A DNA stretch of 62,047 nucleotides from Candidatus Limnocylindrales bacterium (GTDB lineage Bacteria > Chloroflexota > Limnocylindria > Limnocylindrales > CSP1-4): assembly GCA_049520815.1 (NCBI GenBank), contig JBEKPL010000004.1, forward strand, positions 1 through 62,047, given 5' to 3'. Position 1 is the stretch's first letter. Each line of letters opens with the position of its first letter. Shown in pieces: positions 18,374-28,249 of this stretch. Both the position numbers and the translations under genes were made by a program. Below the pieces are notes generated by a model that saw nothing but the letters and a program-made list of their open reading frames with translations, was not told where the DNA came from and did no database searches.

Positions 18374-20190
18374 TCCTCGTCGCCTTCTTTGCCGTTTGCG
18401 CCGCCGGAGCGGCCCTGGGGCAGCTGACCCAGCCCTTCCGCAGGCTCGGCCCGGTCGTGGGCCTTGCCAGCCTCGCAGCCGCCTGCGCGACCGCTTTCCT
18501 CATTGGGCCCACGGACGGAGTGACCGTCGGCGACGTGCGGCTGTCGGGCAGCACCTATGCGGGCATGTTCCTGGCCGGTGCCACGGCCGCCACTCTGCTT
18601 CTCTGCCTGGTAGGGCTGGTGTCGGGTTGGCCCGATCGACTCGTGCCGGCTGCCCTGGCCGCGTTCGGCGGTCTCGGTGTCGCGCTCACGGCCACGGACC
18701 CGAGAGTGGCGCTGGCAGCGGCGGCCGCCGCGGCCGCGACCGGCGCAGTCGTCTCGGTCCCGAGCGGGACTGCCGGCGAGGAGCCGGACAACCGCTTATC
18801 CGAGGCCCGCACGCTGGCGCTGCTGGTCGGCAGCCTGCTGTTCGCCGCGACAGCCGTATCCCGCCCAAGCTGGGCCTCTGGGGACGGTCCCGTCTTCGTC
18901 CTTGGCTTCCTCGGCCTCGGAACCGCTCTCGCGATCCGAAGTGGCGCGATTCCGTTCCATGTGCCGGCCGCCCGTCTTGGCAGGCGCGGCGCCTCGATGG
19001 CACCGGCACTGCTGCTCGTCTGGATCCCCGCGGGGATCGGCCTTATGGCTGTGAGTTGGAGCGCTACCACCTTCGGTATCCGCAACGACTGGCTGGACGC
19101 CGCAGCAACAATCGTCCAGATCGTCGCCGTTGCCACGCTCGTACTCGGCGCCGTCGGCGCCGTCCTTCACGAGGATCTCACCGAGATCGTCGTCTATTCG
19201 ATCGTTCAGGACTCGGCGTTCATCCTGCTCGCCCTGGCCTCACGCGATGCCGGCGCGGCCGAGCCCGCCAGAATGTGGCTTCTGGCGTTCGTCGCGGCCA
19301 AGACCGCGTTCGTCGCCTGGGCCGCGGCCGCCTCGCGCGCCTTCGGATCGCCGGACCTTGGGAAGCTTCGCGGCTGGCTGAGACGGGCCCCGATCCTGGG
19401 CCTGGCCCTCGTAGCGATTGCCGCGGCCACGCTTGGCTGGCCCGGTAGCCCCGTGTTCGAAGCACGCTCGACGCTGATCGACCTGGCCCTGCCCGATCGG
19501 CTTCACCTCCTCACTGCGGTCGCAATCGCGCTCTCCCTCGGCTACTACGGCCGGCTGCTGCTCGTGGGTCTGCTCCCTCCCGCCGACGCGGTGAAGGCGG
19601 CCGCCGGCGAACGGCCTCGCTGGTCGCCGGCACGTGACGGCGCCGCTGGCGAAGCCACGGTCACTACCACGGCCGCTGGCGAAGCCACGGCCGCGGCTGT
19701 CGAAGCGGCCTCGCCGGCTCTCAAGCCGAAGCGGAGGACGGCGCGCACGGCCGCCGCCGCAGAGCTCGTGCCGGCCGAGACGGCCCCGCTCGCGGCCGCT
19801 TCGCAAGCCAACGCCGCAACCGCGTCCGCTTCCCCGCCCGCCGGCTCCGGATTCCGCGGCAGGCTCCTCTCCCTCTGGAGCTTGAACCGGACTCTGGAGG
19901 TCAGCGGCGCGGTCCTTGCCGCTGCCGCCCTGGCCCTGACCCTGGCCTTCGGTGGCCTGGGCGCGTCGAGCGCTTCGCGCGGCGGCATACCGTTCGACAC
20001 CGCCGCTCACGCCACGTCAACGCCTACCCCCAGCCCGACGCCATCGCCCACGCCCTCGCCCGAGCCCACGTTCGCTCCGATTGCGACACACGAACTCGGG
20101 CCCTCGGCCAGCCCAATCCCTTCGGCATCGCCGAGCGGCAGCCCGGCCCCGACGAGGTCGTCGAAGCCGAATCCCGTGCCAAAGAACTAG
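18370..20190 (+). CDS. Divergent proton-conducting antiporter-like membrane subunit (NuoL/M/N-MrpD-like)
   Basis: AIRSGAIPFH, IVVYSIVQD, DLGKLRGWLRRAPILG and TLGWPG. Many TMs and a Pro/Ser/Thr tail. Confidence 0.65.
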   Translation: MILVAFFAVCAAGAALGQLTQPFRRLGPVVGLASLAAACATAFLIGPTDGVTVGDVRLSGSTYAGMFLAGATAATLLLCLVGLVSGWPDRLVPAALAAFGGLGVALTATDPRVALAAAAAAAATGAVVSVPSGTAGEEPDNRLSEARTLALLVGSLLFAATAVSRPSWASGDGPVFVLGFLGLGTALAIRSGAIPFHVPAARLGRRGASMAPALLLVWIPAGIGLMAVSWSATTFGIRNDWLDAAATIVQIVAVATLVLGAVGAVLHEDLTEIVVYSIVQDSAFILLALASRDAGAAEPARMWLLAFVAAKTAFVAWAAAASRAFGSPDLGKLRGWLRRAPILGLALVAIAAATLGWPGSPVFEARSTLIDLALPDRLHLLTAVAIALSLGYYGRLLLVGLLPPADAVKAAAGERPRWSPARDGAAGEATVTTTAAGEATAAAVEAASPALKPKRRTARTAAAAELVPAETAPLAAASQANAATASASPPAGSGFRGRLLSLWSLNRTLEVSGAVLAAAALALTLAFGGLGASSASRGGIPFDTAAHATSTPTPSPTPSPTPSPEPTFAPIATHELGPSASPIPSASPSGSPAPTRSSKPNPVPKN

Positions 20191-20295
20191 GGACCAGCCT
20201 GAGCCAGGGACGGAACCGGCCATGCCAGATGCGGGCGCCGGACCCCAAGCGCCGGCTTTCGCCGCGTGGCGTCAGGCCTTCGGACCGATCACGTG

Positions 20296-20760
20296 TCAGC
20301 GGGCCTCGGGCCCCCTGACCCAGCGGTCGATCTCGCGTTCGTAGCTGACCAGCTCGTCCGGCCGGAACCAGATCGCCAGCTCGGTCGCCGCCGTCTCGGG
20401 CCCGTCGGAGGCGTGGATCAGGTTCGGGATCATCTCCATCGCCAGGTCGCCGCGAATCGTGCCGGGGGCCGCCTCGGCCGGCTTCGTGGCGCCCACCATC
20501 GAGCGCACCATGCTGATCGCGTTCGGCCCTTCCAGAGCCACGGCCACGAGCGGGCTCGACGTGATGAAGGCGACCAGCTCCTCGAAGAACGGCTTGCCCT
20601 TGTGGACGGCGTAGTGGCGCTCGGCCAGGTCGCGATCGACTTTGACGAGCTTGAGGCCGACGATCTTGAGGCCACGCTCTTCGAAGCGGGCGATGATCCG
20701 GCCGGCCAGCTGGCGCTGGACGCCGTCTGGCTTGACGAGGACGAGGGTGCGCTCGGTCAC
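20296..20760 (-). CDS. ndk: Nucleoside diphosphate kinase
   Basis: ERTLVLVKPDGVQR, PGTIRGD and NLIHASD. Confidence 0.98.
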   Translation of the reverse strand: MTERTLVLVKPDGVQRQLAGRIIARFEERGLKIVGLKLVKVDRDLAERHYAVHKGKPFFEELVAFITSSPLVAVALEGPNAISMVRSMVGATKPAEAAPGTIRGDLAMEMIPNLIHASDGPETAATELAIWFRPDELVSYEREIDRWVRGPEAR

Positions 20761-20891
20761 GGTTCGAATACCCCTGCGGTCGATGGATACGACGGGGAGT
20801 GTAGCGGCTGGCGGCCTACCACCCGAGGCATTGGTCCCCTGGGCGAAGATCGACCTGCCGCCGGCCGCCCGGGAACTCGCGCCGTCGCGAC

Positions 20892-22415
20892 CTAGTCCGA
20901 CCAGCTGATCGGAGGAGCGGGCTCGGGTGGTCGGTGCTCGGGACCCTCCCCTTCCTGCGGGGCATCGGTCGGGATGGATGCGGCTGGCTCCGCGGGCACT
21001 TCGGCAGTGGCGTCCACGGGCAGAGTCCCGGGCGGCTCCACCGGCGTCTTGGGTGGCTCCGCCGGCGTCTCGGCCGGCTTCTCGGCGGCAGTCCGCGCCC
21101 CTCTGAGCGCGCTGGCCACCGACTGGTAGGCCTCACCGGCATCGCTCTCCTGGCCCAGCATGCGCAGCGCGTCACCTCGAACAAGCTCCAGCGCAAGGAC
21201 GCGCCGATCGCCGATCACACCGAGGACCGCCGGCGCCGACTCGGGATTCATCCGCAGGGCGATGCCGAAGTGCAGCGCGGCCAGTGCCGAGTCTCCCACT
21301 CGCAGCAAGGCGATCCCCGCCTCGATCTCGGTATCCGCCCGGACCCGACTCGGATCGATGACCGGCTGCGCGGCGGCATCCTGGAGGGAGAAGTCGGTCG
21401 TGACGGTGTCGGCGATCTCCGAAACGACCTGCGTCGGCGCGGGCTCCGGCTCGGCGGCGGCAGCCGGCTCGACCGCCGGTGGCGCCGCCGGTGGTTCGGC
21501 AGCCGGTTCGCTGGCCTCGGCCTCCACGACCGGTTCGACCAGGGGCTCGATGACCGGAGCCGCGGCCTCCGGCGGCTCCGCCGCGGGAGCTTTCCCGGGC
21601 GCCGCTCTCGTCCCCCACTCGGTCGCTGGGAACATCGCCTTGCGCGGCATCCCGGCAAAGACGGAGTCGAGGCTTGTCAGCAAGCGCAGCTGGGCCTGCT
21701 CGACGTGGCGTCGCGCCTCGGCATGACGACCGGCGAGGGAGGCGACCTCAGCCGCAATGACAAAGCCGAGAGCTTCGCCGCCGTTGGCGGCCAGATAGGC
21801 GTCCGCCGCCTCCCCGGCTCCGTGAAGGTCGCCGGTTCGCCAGCGGACCTCGGCCAGGTCGAGCATGCCCGGAGTGTCGAGGAGGTCGCGGCCGGCTAGG
21901 GATTCCAGCTGTGCGCGGGCCAAGGCCAGGGAGCCCGTCCTCAGGTGGATCCGAGCCAGCCGTATCTGCAGCGAGGGGTCCTCGGCCGGGACCGACTCGG
22001 CGGGCTCGTACGGCGACGGTGCGGCGAAGGGGTCGGCCTCGGTCGCCACGAGCGGCTCGGAGTCGGCGGCGAGCGGCTCGGAGTCGGCGGCGAGCGGCTC
22101 GGAGTCGGCGGCGAGCGGCTCGGAGTCGGCGGCGACCGGCTCCTCGGGGGTGGGTTCGAGTCGCATCCCAGCGGGCTCTTCTGGGTTCGCTTCCGTCGTG
22201 CCGGCTGCGACCTCCCCTTCGACCGCCGCGACCGGCTGGGAGCCCGCATCGAGCTCGTTCGCGGAGACTTGGACCCCGATCTCAGCTGGCTCTTCCGGAG
22301 ACTCGAGCGACAGCTGCGTCCCCGGTTGGTCGCCGGCCACGACCGGCTGAAGGGTCGTCGGGACTTCTACCGTCTCGACCGCGGGCACGCCTCGGGGCTT
22401 GCGTCCGTTCCTCAC
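20892..22415 (-). CDS. Hypothetical protein with TPR-like helical segments and acidic Pro/Ala-rich linkers
   Basis: Helical blocks RLARIHLRTG...DLAEVRWRTGD and ALHFGIALRM. Overlaps the M16 stop. Start uncertain. Confidence 0.6.
   Translation of the reverse strand: MRNGRKPRGVPAVETVEVPTTLQPVVAGDQPGTQLSLESPEEPAEIGVQVSANELDAGSQPVAAVEGEVAAGTTEANPEEPAGMRLEPTPEEPVAADSEPLAADSEPLAADSEPLAADSEPLVATEADPFAAPSPYEPAESVPAEDPSLQIRLARIHLRTGSLALARAQLESLAGRDLLDTPGMLDLAEVRWRTGDLHGAGEAADAYLAANGGEALGFVIAAEVASLAGRHAEARRHVEQAQLRLLTSLDSVFAGMPRKAMFPATEWGTRAAPGKAPAAEPPEAAAPVIEPLVEPVVEAEASEPAAEPPAAPPAVEPAAAAEPEPAPTQVVSEIADTVTTDFSLQDAAAQPVIDPSRVRADTEIEAGIALLRVGDSALAALHFGIALRMNPESAPAVLGVIGDRRVLALELVRGDALRMLGQESDAGEAYQSVASALRGARTAAEKPAETPAEPPKTPVEPPGTLPVDATAEVPAEPAASIPTDAPQEGEGPEHRPPEPAPPISWSD
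22049..22132. repeat. Intragenic 21-bp tandem repeat x4 (encodes AADSEPL)
   Basis: Four exact copies of CGAGCGGCTCGGAGTCGGCGG. Confidence 0.9.
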
Positions 22416-23689
22416 GCCGCCCCTCCGGGAAGCTGCAGCAGCGATTCGAGACGGTGGCCCCGCCGCGGCGGGGCCACCACCGCGAGACGAAGGGCGTCGT
22501 CGCGCACCAGCCGGCCGGCCAGCGCTTGGATCCCCTCGCTCGTCACCGCGTTCAACTCCGCCAGGGCCCCATCGAGCGTGAGGACTCGATCGTGCAGCGC
22601 CTCCTGGCCGCCAAACCAGGAGGCCACATGGCGGGTTTCCTCCATTCGCAACTCGAGCCTGCCGGCCAGGTAGGCCTTCGACAGAGCCAGCTCGCCGGCC
22701 GGAACGGCGACGTCGCGAACGCGCGCCAACTCCTCCAGGATCGCGCCGACGGCCGGCCCAATCTTGTCGGGATCGACCCCTGCCGAAACGACGAAAGCCC
22801 CGGCGTCGGCATAGTCGACGATGTACGAGCTCACGTCGTAGGCGAGGCCCTTCTCCTCGCGGACAGACTGAAACAGACGGCTGCTCATGCCATCCCCGAG
22901 GATGGCGTTAAGTACCTCAAGTGTCCAGGCCTCAGGGTCATCCCGCCGGAGACCCGGAAGTCCAAGGCAGAGCTGCGCTTGTGTCGTGGCGCGGCGGACG
23001 GACATGACGCGTTCGCCGGCCGGAAGCGGCGGCGCTGCGGCGAAAGGCGAATGGCTGGCCTCGCCCGTCCCGAAGACGCGCTCCACCAGGGCGACGATGT
23101 CCGCGTGGGAGATATCTCCCGCGGCCGAGACTACGACGTTGCCCGGTCGGTACGCGGATGCCCAGAAGGCTCGAAGGTTGGCCTCGGGCAGGCCTCGAAC
23201 GCTCTCCTCACTTCCGGCGATCTCGCGGCCGAGGGGTGTGTCGCCGAACATGGCAAGGTCGAAGAGCGTGTGGACGTGCTCGCCGGGATCGTCCAGGTAG
23301 GAGCGGATCTCCTCAACGATGACGGCCCGCTCGGACTCGATCTCCTCGCTGCGGAGGAGCGGTCGGACGATCAGCTCGCCCAGGACGTCCATGCCGCGGG
23401 CGACCTCGCGGAGCGGAACGCGAACCCAGTAGACCGTGGACTCGCGATCGGTGGAGGCGTTGAAGCTGCCGCCTACGCCCTCGATCGCCTCCGAGACGGC
23501 ACGCGTCGTGGGGTAGGCCGCCGTCCCCTTGAACGTGATGTGCTCCATGAAGTGGGCCGCGCCCGCCTCTTCGGCCGATTCGAGGCGCGAGCCGGCCAGA
23601 ACGTAGACGGCAATGGAGACGGAACGAGCACCGGCGAGGCGTGACGTGATGACACGCGGCCCGCCGGGCAGCGCTGTGCGTTGGTACAT
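22412..23689 (-). CDS. M16 (pitrilysin-family) zinc peptidase
   Basis: HFMEH inverted zinc motif, NASTDRE and GMSSRLFQSVREEKGLAY. TAGCAT 7 nt before ATG 23689 suggests a leaderless start. Confidence 0.93.
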   Translation of the reverse strand: MYQRTALPGGPRVITSRLAGARSVSIAVYVLAGSRLESAEEAGAAHFMEHITFKGTAAYPTTRAVSEAIEGVGGSFNASTDRESTVYWVRVPLREVARGMDVLGELIVRPLLRSEEIESERAVIVEEIRSYLDDPGEHVHTLFDLAMFGDTPLGREIAGSEESVRGLPEANLRAFWASAYRPGNVVVSAAGDISHADIVALVERVFGTGEASHSPFAAAPPLPAGERVMSVRRATTQAQLCLGLPGLRRDDPEAWTLEVLNAILGDGMSSRLFQSVREEKGLAYDVSSYIVDYADAGAFVVSAGVDPDKIGPAVGAILEELARVRDVAVPAGELALSKAYLAGRLELRMEETRHVASWFGGQEALHDRVLTLDGALAELNAVTSEGIQALAGRLVRDDALRLAVVAPPRRGHRLESLLQLPGGAA

Positions 23690-23800
23690 CGAGCGAATGC
23701 TAGCCGATGGCAACCGCGAGGCGGCGCAGCTGGGTCGCCAGCTGACACGAAGCGGCCGGCGCCCTCACGAGCGCCGGCCGCGAAACGAGCCTCGCAGAGG

Positions 23801-25222
23801 CTACTTGATGAAGGTCTGGATCCACGGGATCGCGAAGTACAAGCAGAACATCGCGCCCACGACCCACAGAAGCGGGTGGATCTCCCGAGCCTTACCGTGG
23901 AGAACCTTGAGGAAGATGAAGGACACGAAGCCGGCGGCAATGCCGTTCGTGATCGAGTAGGTAAGAGGCATGACGATCATGATCGCCATCGCGGGGAAGA
24001 GATCGTCCATCTCGCCCCACTCGATCTCGCGCGTAATGGTGAACATCAGATATCCGACGATCACCAGCGCGGGAGCGGTCGCCTGCCCAGGGACGATACC
24101 CGCGATCGGCGCGAACAGGATGGCCACCAGGAAGAGCACGCCGACGACGACTGCGGTCAGGCCGGTCTTGCCTCCTTCGGAGACGCCGGCCGCAGACTCG
24201 ATGTAGGTCGTGTTGGAGCTGGTGCTCATGACCCCACCGGCGATGGCGGCGACCGAGTCGACCATCAGCACCCGTCCGATGCCGGGCAGGTTGCCGTCCT
24301 TGTCGAGCAGGCCGGCTTCCTCGCCGACGCCGATGACGGTGCCCATGGTGTCGAAGAAGTCGGACAGCATCAGGCTGAAGACGACGAGGAAGACCGTGAT
24401 GAACGGCACGTCCTTCAGCGTCCATACGGTCAGCAGATGGCCAATGGGCTGGAACAGCGTCGAGAAGTTGTTGCTGCTGAAGTCGAAGAACCACTTGTCA
24501 GGCAAGACGGCCGTTCCTGCCGAGAAGCCGGCCGCGGTCAGGCCGGAAGTGGCATCGACCTTGGTGCCGACGATCTGGTTGATGATGATCGCCAGGATCG
24601 TAGAGGCGAGGATGCTGATCAGCAGCGCGCCGCGCACCTTGCGTACCATCAGCGCCAGGCCGAGGGCGAGGCCGAAGACAAAGACCAGGATCGAGGGGGT
24701 GCTGAAGCTGCCGAGCGTGACCGGCGTTCCGGTGCCGCGGGCCACGAAGCCGCCTTCCGAAAGTCCGATGAACAGAATGAACAGGCCGATTCCGACGCCA
24801 ATGGAGCGCTTCAGGCTCATCGGGATCGCCCGCATGATCGCCTGTCGGAGGCCGGTCGCGACGAGGATCGTGATGATGATGCCTTCCCAGGCGATTACGG
24901 CCATCGCGTCCTGCCAGGCCATGTGGCGGGTGCCGATCAGGTCGAATGCCACGACGGCGTTGAGGCCGAGGCCTGCGGCCAGCGCGAACGGATAGTTGGC
25001 GATCAGACCCATCGCCAGGGTCATGATGCCTGCGGCCAGGCAGGTGGCGACCACCGTCGGCAGGAAGTCCGGGCCGCTCGGCGCGACGGCCTTGGAAATG
25101 ATGTTCGGGTTCACGAAGATGATGTAGGCCATGACCATGAACGTGGTCAAGCCCGCCCGAAGCTCGGTTGTCAGATTCGTGCCGCGCTCGGCGAACTTGA
25201 AGTAACCCGCCAGTGCATTCAA
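23801..25222 (-). CDS. NCS2/AzgA-family purine (guanine/hypoxanthine/adenine) permease
   Basis: ELRAGLTTFMVMAYIIFVNP, DFFDTMGT, YIESAAGV and PLTYSITNG. AGGAGG before TTG 25222. Confidence 0.92.
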   Translation of the reverse strand: MNALAGYFKFAERGTNLTTELRAGLTTFMVMAYIIFVNPNIISKAVAPSGPDFLPTVVATCLAAGIMTLAMGLIANYPFALAAGLGLNAVVAFDLIGTRHMAWQDAMAVIAWEGIIITILVATGLRQAIMRAIPMSLKRSIGVGIGLFILFIGLSEGGFVARGTGTPVTLGSFSTPSILVFVFGLALGLALMVRKVRGALLISILASTILAIIINQIVGTKVDATSGLTAAGFSAGTAVLPDKWFFDFSSNNFSTLFQPIGHLLTVWTLKDVPFITVFLVVFSLMLSDFFDTMGTVIGVGEEAGLLDKDGNLPGIGRVLMVDSVAAIAGGVMSTSSNTTYIESAAGVSEGGKTGLTAVVVGVLFLVAILFAPIAGIVPGQATAPALVIVGYLMFTITREIEWGEMDDLFPAMAIMIVMPLTYSITNGIAAGFVSFIFLKVLHGKAREIHPLLWVVGAMFCLYFAIPWIQTFIK

Positions 25223-25403
25223 CGCGATCTCCTCCTGATGTCTGGCCTGGTTGGTCCCACCGAAACGGTGACCGGCCGGAGCTCCACCTTTCCGGGCGGC
25301 GCCTATCCTCCTGGCCGCACCTCCGCGCGGCCCCACCACGCCCTAGCTCGGGTCGATCTCCGCCGCCGTCCTTCGATCGCGGTCGCGCGGTATCAGGCTT
25401 CCC

Positions 25404-25835
25404 CTACTCGTCCTCTTTCGCATCGGGGCCGAGCAACTCCATCTGGACGTAGCCGGACGTATCGAACTCGAGCTGACGGGGCTCGAACGCGTCGCCGGCG
25501 GCCACTCCGGCGGGCGCGAAATCGATCACGACGGCTTCGTCCCCCTGAACCAGGCGATACGAGAGCAGCTGGTCGGGACGGGTCTCGAACTCGAGATGCT
25601 CGAACGAATCCACGTTCAAGCAGATCGAGAGCGGGGTGAAGAACGTCGATGTCTCCGGCTCATTCGCCACGATCCGCTCCACCCAACCCAGCCCGTGCTG
25701 AACCAGCTCGTGGCCCCGGTAGTACCGGTAAGCCACGGTCTGCTTCTCGAGCGGGCGCAGGACGTTGAGTAGGTCGGTCCGGCTTGAGACGATGCCGCGA
25801 TTGACGAAGAACTTCGCGGGCGGCACGGACGACAC
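25404..25835 (-). CDS. Hypothetical acidic soluble protein (~143 aa)
   Basis: AGGAGG RBS, host-like codon usage and globular-looking composition. No family recognised. Confidence 0.7.
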   Translation of the reverse strand: MSSVPPAKFFVNRGIVSSRTDLLNVLRPLEKQTVAYRYYRGHELVQHGLGWVERIVANEPETSTFFTPLSICLNVDSFEHLEFETRPDQLLSYRLVQGDEAVVIDFAPAGVAAGDAFEPRQLEFDTSGYVQMELLGPDAKEDE

Positions 25836-26009
25836 CACTCCTCCTGGGGGCAGCGGGGGTGACGATTGAGGACGCCGGTGACGGACCGGTGGATCGTAAC
25901 TCAGCCGCACGAGGCGGGACAAGGGGGTCGTGGCCTCCGTAGCTCGGATTCGCCGTCCTTGCAGGCTCCCGACCGGAGCCGAGCCTCGAGAGCGCGCTAT
26001 CATCGGGCC

Positions 26010-26879
26010 ATGCTTCTGGCGCTCGATATCGGCAACACCAACCTAACCCTTGGCCTCGTTAGTGGCGAGACGATCATGGCCAGCCGCCGGGCGGCGACGC
26101 GCGCGGCAAGCACGGCCGACGAACTCGAGGTTCTCCTCGACGGATTGCTGCGCCTCGACGGCGCCTCACTGGCCGACGTGACCGGTATCTCCCTCGCTTG
26201 CGTGGTGCCCGCGCTGACGGGCGTGGCCTCGTCGATGGCCGAGCGGCGCGGCCTGCCGTTGATGATCGCGGCGGCCGGGAACATGCCCATGCCCATCCGG
26301 GTGCAGCGCCCGGCCGAGGTCGGCGCGGACCGCCTCGTGAACGGGCTGGCGGTGGCACGGCTGTATGGAACTCCGGCCATCGTCGTCGACTTCGGCACGG
26401 CCACGACCTTCGACTGCGTCGCCCGCGACGGGGCGTACGTTGGCGGGTCCATCACGCCGGGTCTCGAGCTGGGCCTCGAGGCGCTGGCATCCCGAACCGC
26501 TCGGTTGCCCCGGATCGAACTCCAGGAGCCGTCGAAGGCGATCGGCACCGACACGCTATCGGCCATGGAGTCGGGCGTTGTGCTGGGCTATCGGGCCCTC
26601 ACCCTGGGTCTCCTGGAGCGGATCAAGACCGAGCTCGCTCGAGCCGAGAAGGTCGACGGCTCGAAGATCCAGGTCGTCCTCACCGGCGGCCTGTCGGCAG
26701 GACCATGGGCCCGGGGGCTGCCCGGCGTCGACGCTATCGATCCCGAGCTCACGCTGAAGGGCCTGGCCATCCTGTGGGCGCTCGCCAGCGGCGAGCCATC
26801 GGTGCCGGGCGACGAGACCGTCGGCTGGACCGGCAGCGCCGCGGGTTCGATCCACGTCATCTCGGAGCCCACGAAATGA
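26010..26879 (+). CDS. coaX: Type III pantothenate kinase
   Basis: LALDIGNTN, GADR, VVDFGTATTFD and LTLKGL. Confidence 0.96.
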   Translation: MLLALDIGNTNLTLGLVSGETIMASRRAATRAASTADELEVLLDGLLRLDGASLADVTGISLACVVPALTGVASSMAERRGLPLMIAAAGNMPMPIRVQRPAEVGADRLVNGLAVARLYGTPAIVVDFGTATTFDCVARDGAYVGGSITPGLELGLEALASRTARLPRIELQEPSKAIGTDTLSAMESGVVLGYRALTLGLLERIKTELARAEKVDGSKIQVVLTGGLSAGPWARGLPGVDAIDPELTLKGLAILWALASGEPSVPGDETVGWTGSAAGSIHVISEPTK

Positions 26880-28249
26880 CCGAGTCAGGGAGCCGCCTCC
26901 AAGGCCGCCGTATCGCCATCGGGATCACCGGGTCTATAGCCGCGTACAAGGCCGTCGAGCTGCTGCGCCTGCTCCAGACCGAAGGGGCGGACGTACGCGT
27001 CCTGATGACCACTGCGGCAACCGAGTTCATCGGAACGCTGACGCTCGAGACTCTCAGCCGACACCCCGTCGACTCCGATGTCCTGGCCCTTCAGGCTGAC
27101 GGCCGAATCGGCCACATCAGTACCGCCCACGACGTCGAGGCCATCGTCGTGGCCCCGGCCACGGCCCACTGGCTCGGGGCCATGGCTCACGGCCTTGCCG
27201 GCGACTCCATCACGGCTGCCTGTCTGGCGACCTCGGTTCCCGTGATCGTGGCTCCGGCAATGGATGGCGGCATGTACGTCCATCCGGCAACGCAAGCCAA
27301 CGTTGCCCGGCTGCGCGAGTTCGGCTATCACATCGTGGAGCCGGAATCGGGGCCGCTCGCGTCCGGCATGATCGGGCAGGGACGGCTCGCGTCGCTGGAC
27401 CGCATCGTCGACGCAACGGTCAGCGCTCTCCGTGGTGCCCCGGCGGCCGCCGAACGTCGGGAGGAGGCTGCCTCCGCGAGCAGCGCCCCGGCCAAGTCCA
27501 CGCCCGCCAGGCCGTCGCGCACGGACCTCGCCGGCCGCCATGTCGTCGTCACCGCCGGCGGCACTGCCGAACCGATCGACCCCGTCCGCTTCGTCGGCAA
27601 CCGGTCCAGCGGCAAGATGGGCGTCGCCGTCGCCGAAGACGCGCTCGATCGCGGCGCGACCGTGACGCTCATCCTCGCCAACCACACCGTCGAGCCCCCG
27701 TCCGGAGCAGAGGTCACACACGCCGAGACGGCCGCCGAGATGGAGGCCGCGCTGCGGGCGCTCACCCCACCTGAAGGCCCCCGTTTCGACATCCTGGTCA
27801 TGGCCGCCGCGGTGGCCGACTTCCGGCCGCGCAGTCCATCCGGCAAGAAGATGAGCCGCTCATCAGGGATGACGCTGGAAATGGACGCCACGCCCGATCT
27901 GCTGGCGGAGACGGCAGAACGCGTCCGCACGGGCATCCGCGCCTCGGGCGCGCGCCGGCCGGTCCTCGTCGGCTTCGCTGCCGAGACCGGCTCGCTGGAG
28001 CGGGCGGATGAGAAGCTCCGCTCCAAGGGAGTGGATCTGCTCGTGGCCAACGACGTGACCGAACCCGGCTCCGGCTTCGGCACGGACACGAACAAGGTCA
28101 CCATCTACTCGACCGACGGACCGCCCGAGGAGCTGCCGCTCCTGCCCAAGCGCGCAGTCGCCGAGCTGCTGCTCGATCGTGTAGTGGTGCGCCTTGCTGC
28201 CATCGCCGACGGGAGCCCCACGCCCGAACCAACGGAGACAAGCGAGTGA
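26876..28249 (+). CDS. coaBC: Phosphopantothenoylcysteine decarboxylase/ligase
   Basis: GITGSIAAYK, PAM, TAGGTAEPIDPVRFVGNRSSGKMG, AAVADF and GFAAET. Confidence 0.96.
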   Translation: MTESGSRLQGRRIAIGITGSIAAYKAVELLRLLQTEGADVRVLMTTAATEFIGTLTLETLSRHPVDSDVLALQADGRIGHISTAHDVEAIVVAPATAHWLGAMAHGLAGDSITAACLATSVPVIVAPAMDGGMYVHPATQANVARLREFGYHIVEPESGPLASGMIGQGRLASLDRIVDATVSALRGAPAAAERREEAASASSAPAKSTPARPSRTDLAGRHVVVTAGGTAEPIDPVRFVGNRSSGKMGVAVAEDALDRGATVTLILANHTVEPPSGAEVTHAETAAEMEAALRALTPPEGPRFDILVMAAAVADFRPRSPSGKKMSRSSGMTLEMDATPDLLAETAERVRTGIRASGARRPVLVGFAAETGSLERADEKLRSKGVDLLVANDVTEPGSGFGTDTNKVTIYSTDGPPEELPLLPKRAVAELLLDRVVVRLAAIADGSPTPEPTETSE

